From: a virus
Lineage: Duplodnaviria; Caudoviricetes
DNA: 59,526 nucleotides
Virus record (IMG/VR): IMGVR_UViG_3300032330_001422
Coordinates: 1 to 59,526 of that record
Strand: one strand, 5' to 3'
How positions within the stretch are numbered: the stretch's first letter is position 1; each line of letters opens with the position of its first letter. A model generated the notes under the pieces. The model did no database searches, was not told the origin of the DNA, and saw only the letters and a list, made by a program, of their open reading frames with translations. The position numbers and the translations under genes were made by a program. Positions 7,816 through 14,436 of this stretch are shown piece after piece.

Positions 7816-7891
7816 TGGTAGCTATGACAGGAATCAAACCTGTATATTCCATCTTATGAGGATGGCGCATCAATCATTCTGCCACATAGCC
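7816..7891 (-). tRNA. tRNA-Met(CAU), elongator-like
   Basis: GGCTATG/CATAGCT acceptor, CCATC-CTCATAA-GATGG arm, T-loop TTTGATT, CCA. Confidence 0.82.
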
Positions 7892-7898
7892 ACTGAAA

Positions 7899-7974
7899 TG
7901 GTCGCTCGTCTAAGAATCTCACTTAGTTTCCAATGGTTATGAGCCATCGTCAGATAAATAACCTGCCACCAGCT
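7899..7974 (-). tRNA. degenerate tRNA(CAU), initiator-like or pseudo-tRNA
   Basis: AGCTGGT/ACGAGCG acceptor with two mismatches, GATGG-CTCATAA-CCATT arm, CTAAG-TGAGATT-CTTAG T-arm, CCA. Confidence 0.62.
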
Positions 7975-7980
7975 ATTAAA

Positions 7981-8305
7981 TTGTGTTGGTTTCGATAATA
8001 CACAGAGGTTTATTTCAACGAAATAGCGTTTTTTATTGACTCACAATTATCATTTTTTTCTCAGGTTTGTACGCTTTTCAACGTTCCATCAATCTGATAC
8101 TCTATTTTCCACCAACTAAAATTATCAAAAGAACTATTAAAAATTGTGTTGGGTGTAATTATTGAATACTTTGTCCACCCAACAAACAGAGTATACCATA
8201 TGCTAACCCCGCAACCAAGAAGTTTTTTAAGAGACTTCCAACTCTAGGGGCATTTTGGTTATTTGCCCTCCACCAGAGTGTTTTTCTTGCTGATACACTC
8301 AAACA
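7981..8305 (-). ncRNA. candidate structured RNAs (about 7981-8117 and 8144-8305)
   Basis: ORF-free; closing stem GTTGGT/ACCAAC; hairpins GAGTGT/ACACTC, GGGCA/TGCCC, GAAGT/ACTTC, TGTTGGGTG/CACCCAACA; boxA-like element between them. Confidence 0.45.
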
Positions 8306-8307
8306 AT

Positions 8308-8382
8308 TGGTAGTCTGTAGGGGAATCGAACCCCTCTTACCGGAGTGAAAGTCCAGTGTCCTAGCCGATAGACGAACAGACC
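8308..8382 (-). tRNA. tRNA-Glu(UUC)
   Basis: Canonical cloverleaf, CTGGA-CTTTCAC-TCCGG arm, GTTCGATTC, CCA. Confidence 0.95.
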
Positions 8383-8389
8383 GTTAAAA

Positions 8390-8466
8390 TGGTGGCCCCG
8401 GTGGGACTCGAACCCACGACCAAAAGCTTAAAAGGCTTCTGCTACTACCAACTGAGCTACAAGGCC
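8390..8466 (-). tRNA. tRNA-Lys(UUU)
   Basis: Canonical cloverleaf, GAAGC-CTTTTAA-GCTTT arm, GTTCGAGTC, CCA. Confidence 0.95.
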
Positions 8467-8475
8467 ATTAAAAAT

Positions 8476-8534
8476 TTGTTAAAGAACTATTACTTACTAC
8501 TTATTCATCTTACCACGATTTCTTTTGTTGTCAA
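8476..8534 (-). promoter_or_regulatory. sigma70-type promoter, AGTAGTAAGT leader and boxA-like element
   Basis: TTGACA-16-TAAGAT (TGG extended), then AGTAGTAAGTAATAGTTCTTTAACAA. Confidence 0.78.
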
Positions 8535-8538
8535 CTAT

Positions 8539-8646
8539 TTCTTTGTTCTTTGTTGGTGACCCCCTTCGGTTAAAGGCCGAGGCGGTTCCGCCATACGTAG
8601 ATGTTCTAGAGGAGTGCTTCTCCCACCGTGCTTAAAGAACAAAGAA
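8539..8646 (-). ncRNA. candidate small structured RNA enclosed by a perfect 13-bp inverted repeat
   Basis: TTCTTTGTTCTTT...AAAGAACAAAGAA flanks GC-rich hairpins (GGAG/CTCC, GGCG/CGCC, TCGG/CCGA); has its own promoter. Confidence 0.55.
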
Positions 8647-8651
8647 TCGTT

Positions 8652-8695
8652 TACTTACTACTTCTTTATCTTACCACTAAGATTTCAAAGATCAA
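8652..8695 (-). promoter_or_regulatory. sigma70-type promoter with AGTAGTAAGT leader
   Basis: TTGATC-16-TAAGAT (TGG extended) followed by AGTAGTAAGTAAA. Confidence 0.7.
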
Positions 8696-8763
8696 CTTCT
8701 TTTTTAGAGAAGTTTTGAGGTAACTTATACATATAATGAAATATACTTAAAATTACTTAAAAA

Positions 8764-8844
8764 TGGCGCTCCGGGAGGGAGTTGAACCCCCATTTTCATC
8801 CAATTATGCACTTAGGGCTTAGAAGTCCCCGCCATTACCGGAGC
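8764..8844 (-). tRNA. D-armless tRNA-Arg(UCU)-like RNA with long variable region
   Basis: Perfect GCTCCGG/CCGGAGC acceptor plus GCCA, GGGGG-TTCAACT-CCCTC T-arm, GGGGA-CTTCTAA-GCCCT arm, only 7 nt (TAATGGC) in place of the D-arm. Confidence 0.7.
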
Positions 8845-8856
8845 AATGCACTGAGA

Positions 8857-9189
8857 TTATTTACCGTTATCTAGTTCGTTACGAACTGATTTACCAAGTT
8901 CAGTCAGATTAAACAGTGGTTCGCCATCTTCATTATGGCCTGATACATATAATAGACCTTCTGCTACCATCTTGTCAACTGTTTCTTTAACTTCTGCCAA
9001 AACGAGTTCATTATAGATAACTTCTGCTTCGGTTTCATTGCATTCAAGTTCTTTCATAATTATTTGAATACAGGCTTCTTTTTCTTCAGCTTTGACTTGT
9101 TCTTCTACTTTTGCTGTATCTAGATTAGAACAATGATTTAGTAGATCGTCAATTGATCCCGTGAAATTATCGGTGATGTACTTGTCCAT
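8857..9189 (-). CDS. hypothetical protein with winged-helix-like C-terminus
   Basis: VDKMVAEGLL...FNLTELGK pattern; TATTTATA 3 nt before the ATG. Confidence 0.65.
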   Translation of the reverse strand: MDKYITDNFTGSIDDLLNHCSNLDTAKVEEQVKAEEKEACIQIIMKELECNETEAEVIYNELVLAEVKETVDKMVAEGLLYVSGHNEDGEPLFNLTELGKSVRNELDNGK

Positions 9190-9206
9190 GTTTATAAATA
9201 TTTGAA

Positions 9207-9494
9207 TTAGATACCGTAGACTGGCACATTCTTGTAATATCGCATGGATCGATCCAACATCTTATTTAGAACTTTGGCTGTAGATACAGGTACATTTGTT
9301 TTTGGACCCCAACCATTTTCAGCTCGGCCTAGAGCAATAGTGAGTGCTTTGGTTTTATCAAATCGATCTCCTGCCTTGGTATTGGTATGACTCCAACCAA
9401 ATCGAATGGTATTATCAATTACTGTGGCAACAACCATACCACGTGGTTGACCATTGCGGTCACGTACCAATTGTTTGAGTGTAGTATCTTTCAT
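9207..9494 (-). CDS. hypothetical phage protein
   Basis: 95-aa ORF with GWS...DRFDK..ALTIALGRA motif. Confidence 0.7.
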   Translation of the reverse strand: MKDTTLKQLVRDRNGQPRGMVVATVIDNTIRFGWSHTNTKAGDRFDKTKALTIALGRAENGWGPKTNVPVSTAKVLNKMLDRSMRYYKNVPVYGI

Positions 9495-9518
9495 ATAACC
9501 TTTATTTAAATGTTTAGT

Positions 9519-9701
9519 TTAGTTTCCTTCGACGTAACGAAGTAGATCACAATTTGGTTCAGTACCAATCTTTTCATCTACAGTCTGCTTGATAGCAGTT
9601 TTATAGTAATATTCGGCGTATAGATCAGTTAGCTGTAGCTTTCTGTCTGCGATTTTTTCTTTGAGGTTATTAATAACTGTTTGAGTTGTCTTCGTCTTCA
9701 T
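9519..9701 (-). CDS. hypothetical protein
   Basis: 60-aa ORF co-oriented with neighbours; start uncertain. Confidence 0.45.
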   Translation of the reverse strand: MKTKTTQTVINNLKEKIADRKLQLTDLYAEYYYKTAIKQTVDEKIGTEPNCDLLRYVEGN

Positions 9702-9825
9702 ACTTTGAATTATAACGTGTTGGTTTTACATCGGTGGCTTGCCACTTCTTATTAACCTTTTTATTTGATTTGTTGCGCCAATTTCCTTCGCTACGTGAAC
9801 GACGATCTTTGAATGACTTTCCCAT
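9670..9825 (-). CDS. small basic protein (51 aa, MGKSFKDRRSRSEGNW...)
   Basis: Hand-translated ORF below the track cutoff; TATTTATT about 12 nt upstream. Confidence 0.5.
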   Translation of the reverse strand: MGKSFKDRRSRSEGNWRNKSNKKVNKKWQATDVKPTRYNSKYEDEDNSNSY

Positions 9826-9903
9826 ATACTACTTTTAAAAATAAATAGTGGTAGAAAAAGGGATTAACAATCTTTTTTTATTAATCCCAATTCTTAATAC
9901 TGT

Positions 9904-10179
9904 TTAATTTGCAGAAGTCTGAGTAGATTCAACAGTGGTGGTTGCGTCAACAGCGGGAGTTGCGTCATATGTATATACAATGCTTGGCTTACCACGCTTA
10001 CCAGTCTTTTGTGAACCACTGATCTTATAACGACCAGCCATTACGCTTCGCTTAACATGCATCCGAATTGTCGGAGCCTTAACGGTTGCGTTGATATTGA
10101 TCAGATCAACAATAGTGAAATTGCGATCAGTGATTTCGTTTACTGCGGTTGCCTTACGGCCTGTCTTGTTCTTATTCAT
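9904..10179 (-). CDS. putative winged-helix DNA-binding protein
   Basis: FTIVDL...PTIRMHV...GKRGKPSIVY wing motif. Confidence 0.6.
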   Translation of the reverse strand: MNKNKTGRKATAVNEITDRNFTIVDLININATVKAPTIRMHVKRSVMAGRYKISGSQKTGKRGKPSIVYTYDATPAVDATTTVESTQTSAN

Positions 10180-10218
10180 ATTTTTTGTTTTTTGTTAATG
10201 TTAACCGACTACAAATTC

Positions 10219-10246
10219 ATCTTACCACGGTTTTAGAAAATGTCAA
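10219..10246 (-). promoter_or_regulatory. sigma70-type promoter
   Basis: TTGACA-16-TAAGAT with TGG extension, same design as the tRNA-array promoters. Confidence 0.75.
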
Positions 10247-10252
10247 ATCTTT

Positions 10253-10465
10253 TTATCGACCATTTTTTGCAGCTTCTTCATATACCAGCGCTTCAGTCAG
10301 ATTTCCGTTGCCATAACGACGACCACTCTTATCAAAAGTGGTATTGTTAGCAACATTGTAGTATCCAACGTTACGCCCATTGAAGTCATGTGCATATACA
10401 GTGGATCCCATGTCTTTTGTATAACCAATGTTGTTATTGTTCTTCATTACATACTTTGTACTCAT
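10253..10465 (-). CDS. hypothetical small beta-rich protein
   Basis: Repeated D.NGR..G units; start taken at MSTKY. Confidence 0.6.
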   Translation of the reverse strand: MSTKYVMKNNNNIGYTKDMGSTVYAHDFNGRNVGYYNVANNTTFDKSGRRYGNGNLTEALVYEEAAKNGR

Positions 10466-10493
10466 ATTATTTATTTCTTTTTTTTTGTTTATA

Positions 10494-11042
10494 TTAACCG
10501 ACTTCATTGTCGATAAAATTGCGATAAAATCCCATTACAATACCACTAGTTGTACCCACATTAAGTGATCGTACACTGCCATATGCTGGAATAGTAACAA
10601 TGTAATCGCTGTTATCAAGAATATAATCACTCAATCCAGCCTTTTCTTCTCCAAATACAAACATTGGCTTATCTACGCCAGTAAATACCCAATGGTTAAA
10701 AATAGATACAGTCTTATCACTGTACTTGGGAATGTTGTTTTCTACAGCAATTAGCGTATAGCCGTTATCATTTACATAAGCAAAAAAATCTTCTTCGGTC
10801 TTAAGATGACTAAGATCTGTATAATGATGTGTTCCTACAGTACCACGGCGATCCCACTGCTTACTTCCGCCTACATACATGGCTTGCTTGAAGCCAAAGA
10901 AGTTGGCATTACGTACAAGAGTTGAAAGATTAAAATCTCCATTAACGTGCATCATTGCGACACCCGCGTCGATACAGTTACTCTTACAATACGACTTGAT
11001 ATCGTCCACACTCTTGTTCTTCAGATGATCTAAAACATTCAT
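10494..11042 (-). CDS. SpoU/TrmH-family (SPOUT) RNA 2'-O-methyltransferase
   Basis: NLSTLVRNA motif 1, FVFGEEKAGL motif 2, IPAYGSVRSLNV motif 3; TTGACT-17-TAGAGT promoter at 11052-11080. Confidence 0.92.
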   Translation of the reverse strand: MNVLDHLKNKSVDDIKSYCKSNCIDAGVAMMHVNGDFNLSTLVRNANFFGFKQAMYVGGSKQWDRRGTVGTHHYTDLSHLKTEEDFFAYVNDNGYTLIAVENNIPKYSDKTVSIFNHWVFTGVDKPMFVFGEEKAGLSDYILDNSDYIVTIPAYGSVRSLNVGTTSGIVMGFYRNFIDNEVG

Positions 11043-11076
11043 AGTAAAATTACTCTACCACGAACTTTATAATAAG

Positions 11077-11328
11077 TCAATTCTTTTTCTTAATTGTCTT
11101 TTTAGACTTATTCTCTGATTCTTTTACATGTTCTACAGTAGTGTTTGAAACTGTAGATCTAGAGTTGGCATATTCTTTTTCAGCTTCTTCAATTACAGCT
11201 TTAACAAAATCTGTAAGTAAACCGCTCCAGTTATTTCGTTCACTATCTTCTACGATAGCCAGTTTTTTCCATCGTGGCAATTCGTTGAATTTGCGTTGAT
11301 ATACTGTTTTATAGAATGATGCAGTCAT
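11077..11328 (-). CDS. hypothetical protein
   Basis: 83-aa ORF; TATTTATA 4 nt before the ATG. Confidence 0.6.
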   Translation of the reverse strand: MTASFYKTVYQRKFNELPRWKKLAIVEDSERNNWSGLLTDFVKAVIEEAEKEYANSRSTVSNTTVEHVKESENKSKKTIKKKN

Positions 11329-11340
11329 ATAGTATAAATA

Positions 11341-11592
11341 TTAAAATGAAGTACTCAAACGACTAGCATATGCCATGTTGCTAGCTTTTCCTTTACGGTA
11401 TGATACTTTAGCATAATTGTCAAATGCCTTCTTTGAAGTAATCACAATGCTACCCGCCGTTTTGTGTCCAAAATGCAAATAACCATACTTTTGACTTCGT
11501 TTAGCAGATTGATCGCCACATGACAGACAAATCTTATAACCAAGTTCGTAACGTTCAGGATGAATATCGTTTCCACAACCACATTTGATCAT
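11341..11592 (-). CDS. DksA/TraR-like C4 zinc-finger protein
   Basis: CGCGNDIHPERYELGYKICLSC resembles CxxCGxxIxxxRL...CxxC; TTGACC-17-TATACT promoter upstream. Confidence 0.6.
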   Translation of the reverse strand: MIKCGCGNDIHPERYELGYKICLSCGDQSAKRSQKYGYLHFGHKTAGSIVITSKKAFDNYAKVSYRKGKASNMAYASRLSTSF

Positions 11593-11630
11593 ATATAAAA
11601 AGTATACAACACAATGTGGGTATGGTCAAT

Positions 11631-11657
11631 AAAAAAAGCGTACCGACTGGTACGCTT
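11631..11657 (-). terminator. intrinsic terminator
   Basis: AAGCGTACC/GGTACGCTT hairpin plus T-run on the minus strand. Confidence 0.8.
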
Positions 11658-11664
11658 GTTGTTT

Positions 11665-12171
11665 TTAGTTGGTTGGTTCGTGATGATAATCTCGTCTTAG
11701 ATGTTCTAGTTTCAACTCTAAATTAACAAGATTACGCTTGGTTTCTCTTAGTTCGTTTTCAATATCTGAAATTTTTCTAAGTCTTGAATCAAGAATGTAA
11801 TCTGGATCTGAATGAGATCGGTTTTTGATATCTTCTTCTAACGCACATCCAATATGGTTTGTACCAAAAAGATATTCACAATCGTCATTATAAGTGTTTT
11901 TACCACAATAACCGCATACCCACTTTTCTTTTCGTTCATCAGTAATAATCTTTTCTAATCTGGTTAGAATTTCCACTACTTCAGTATTAGATTCGGCATT
12001 AAGAATGTCATATGACCAATTCAAAGCATTATCTTCACGATCTTTCAACTCGGGATAAAGTTTAATTAGTTCTTTTTCAATTAGATCAATGTATGGATCG
12101 ATTTGTTCTGTTTGAATTCTACGCAATGCTTTCGCGTATGTAACTATGATGTTTTCGCTTATTTTGTTCAT
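11665..12171 (-). CDS. hypothetical protein with CxxC...HxxC zinc site and coiled coil
   Basis: WVCGYCGK...NHIGC. Confidence 0.65.
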   Translation of the reverse strand: MNKISENIIVTYAKALRRIQTEQIDPYIDLIEKELIKLYPELKDREDNALNWSYDILNAESNTEVVEILTRLEKIITDERKEKWVCGYCGKNTYNDDCEYLFGTNHIGCALEEDIKNRSHSDPDYILDSRLRKISDIENELRETKRNLVNLELKLEHLRRDYHHEPTN

Positions 12172-12172
12172 A

Positions 12173-12337
12173 TTATTTTTTTGTTAATTGTTTTAGTACT
12201 TCTCTTACTGTGAAATAAAATATAAATGGAATTAATACCACAAAGAATATTGATAGTACTAACAATAGTCCTATTGCAAATATACTACCAAATAGTAATC
12301 CGATTATCAAGTCTATAACTTTATATAATTTATTCAT
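12173..12337 (-). CDS. small membrane protein (54 aa)
   Basis: Hand translation MNKLYKVIDLIIGLLFGSIFAIGLLLVLSIFFVVLIPFIFYF...; exactly fills the gap with an ATGA overlap; not in ORF track. Confidence 0.65.
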   Translation of the reverse strand: MNKLYKVIDLIIGLLFGSIFAIGLLLVLSIFFVVLIPFIFYFTVREVLKQLTKK

Positions 12338-12600
12338 TTTTTTATAAATCTACTATAAATTAGTTTACCTAAATTAGCTGCAAATTTACGTGCTTTCTTT
12401 TCTGGCAAATCGTATAAATGTGCATGAAACACTTCTTCAATCAAAACATTAAGTTGTCTACGTGTCAATAATGTCGGGTCTACATGAATTTGTGGATTTT
12501 TTATATCAGGATTATCACATAAACCAGAAGCTCTTAACCTAGGATGCGGTTTGTTATAATTCACTGTATATTCTATTCCTTCAAAATTCTTAAATTTCAT
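12334..12600 (-). CDS. zincin-like small protein with variant motif
   Basis: GLCD...IHVD...LIEEVFHAH (HExxH appears as EExxH); start at MKFKNF by ATGA overlap. Confidence 0.55.
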   Translation of the reverse strand: MKFKNFEGIEYTVNYNKPHPRLRASGLCDNPDIKNPQIHVDPTLLTRRQLNVLIEEVFHAHLYDLPEKKARKFAANLGKLIYSRFIKK

Positions 12601-12839
12601 TCTAAAAATTCTTTTAATTGTTTTTGGTTTTCTATATTTAGAATAACACTGTCTGTCCACGGATGTCCATATCTTAATATGCGGTAACACCATTTTAATC
12701 TTTCAAACCAAGTCATTCTTTTGCCATTATAACCTAGTTCAAATAAACTGATGCAGACTTCCTCTTCATCTTTAAATTTTTCAATATAAAGAGCGTGGGA
12801 ATGACAATCACACATTAAAAATACAGAATCTTCTTTCAT
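12597..12839 (-). CDS. hypothetical protein
   Basis: 80-aa ORF with CDCHSH; coupled overlaps on both sides. Confidence 0.65.
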   Translation of the reverse strand: MKEDSVFLMCDCHSHALYIEKFKDEEEVCISLFELGYNGKRMTWFERLKWCYRILRYGHPWTDSVILNIENQKQLKEFLE

Positions 12840-13420
12840 ACAATTAGTTTACGTTCTAATTTCCAAACACTAGCAATCAAAAATGAACCAAAACTATATA
12901 TAAATCTACAGATAAATCGTATAACCTTATTATATGGTTTTATGATTAATTTATAAAAATTGGTAGATTCAAACTCTTTGTTCTTTTTAAGTTCTTCAAT
13001 ATGATGTTTGTGGAGTTCTTTTCTTTCAGTGTTATCCATTGCGTCAAACTTAATTAGTTTAATCTTGTCAATAACTCCGTCAATAAATACAATTTCAAAT
13101 TCAACCCAATAGTCATATGGTCCATCACTGTAATTGTTATAATCATACATGCGTATGGTGCTAGTTGTTTTTACATGTGTCCACCAAACTTTGGTTTCTT
13201 TTACCATTCCAAACTTTTCAAACAATGTTTTACCGTTTGGATCGCCTTCTGTATATTCTCGTTCACATTCACGCAACCATAGTGTGCCATCTTCACGAAT
13301 TTCATAACAATCTAAATCATTATCCAAATCCTTGGTTTGAAACCCATTAGGAATATATCCTTTAGTATCTTGAGGCAGTGGAAGCGGATATTTGCAAATT
13401 ATGTCATCATACATTCCCAT
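12836..13420 (-). CDS. hypothetical phage protein (MGMYD...FQTKDL type)
   Basis: 194-aa ORF; TTGACT-17-TACAAT promoter at about 13522-13550. Confidence 0.7.
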   Translation of the reverse strand: MGMYDDIICKYPLPLPQDTKGYIPNGFQTKDLDNDLDCYEIREDGTLWLRECEREYTEGDPNGKTLFEKFGMVKETKVWWTHVKTTSTIRMYDYNNYSDGPYDYWVEFEIVFIDGVIDKIKLIKFDAMDNTERKELHKHHIEELKKNKEFESTNFYKLIIKPYNKVIRFICRFIYSFGSFLIASVWKLERKLIV

Positions 13421-13593
13421 ATTAGTAACTATTTTTTAGCTTATATTAAGCATATATTATAATTTATATTTAATTAATTAGTATTAAGCATATCAAGCAA
13501 CTAAGCGCTTACTATAAAAGCATTGTAGTTTCTATATTTTGTAAAGTCAAGATAAAAAAAATTAATTTTTTAAATAAAAAATATGTATTTTGC

Positions 13594-14436
13594 ATGAAAG
13601 GTATTATATTGTCTGGAGGCACTGGTAGCAGATTATATCCATTAACCACTACGGTTAATAAGCAGTTATTGCCGGTTTATGATAAACCGATGATTTATTA
13701 TCCGTTAAGCACAATGATTACGTGTGGTATACGTGAATTTTGCATCATTTCTACTCCTGAATATTTGCCAATGTATGAAAAGCTATTTGGCAATGGAAAT
13801 CATCTAGGATTAGAGATAACTTATAAAATACAATACAAGCCAAATGGCATAGCTGAGTCATTCATAATCGCAGAGGATTTTATCGGTAAAGATGACGTAT
13901 CTCTCATATTAGGGGATAATATATTTCATGGTATTAATCGAATTAAAACCAACCTTAACGGAGCTTTAGTTTTTGCTTATGAAGTTAATAACCCACAAGA
14001 CTACGCCGTTGTACAGTTTGACGAAAACAACAAGGTTATCAATATAGAAGAAAAACCAAAGAACCCTAAAAGCAAATATGCAATTCCCGGCCTTTATTTC
14101 TTTGATAATAGAGTGGTTAAATTTAGCAAATCACTCAAACCATCCAATCGTGGAGAATTGGAAATCGTAGATGTCATGAACGCATATATAAACGATGGTG
14201 GTATAGATGTAATTAAATTCCCAAGAGGTACCGCTTGGTTAGATGCTGGTCAACCAGATTCACTATTTCAAAGCGCTGCTTATGTTAAAACTATTCAAGA
14301 ACGTCAAGGTATAAGAATTGGCTGTATTGAAGAAGAATGTTATAACAAAGGTTTTATTAATAAAAGCCAACTTAAAAAAGTTGTTGATAAATTACCAAAC
14401 TCAGAGTATAAATGTTATTTACAGAAGTATGAATAA
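13594..14436 (+). CDS. rmlA: glucose-1-phosphate thymidylyltransferase
   Basis: GIILSGGTGSRLYPLT, KQLLPVYDKPMIYYPLS, LGDNIF, EEKP, RGELEI, WLDAG. Confidence 0.97.
   Translation: MKGIILSGGTGSRLYPLTTTVNKQLLPVYDKPMIYYPLSTMITCGIREFCIISTPEYLPMYEKLFGNGNHLGLEITYKIQYKPNGIAESFIIAEDFIGKDDVSLILGDNIFHGINRIKTNLNGALVFAYEVNNPQDYAVVQFDENNKVINIEEKPKNPKSKYAIPGLYFFDNRVVKFSKSLKPSNRGELEIVDVMNAYINDGGIDVIKFPRGTAWLDAGQPDSLFQSAAYVKTIQERQGIRIGCIEEECYNKGFINKSQLKKVVDKLPNSEYKCYLQKYE

Noticed and set aside
7670-7942. 90-aa plus-strand ORF
   Set aside because: Antisense to three tRNA genes
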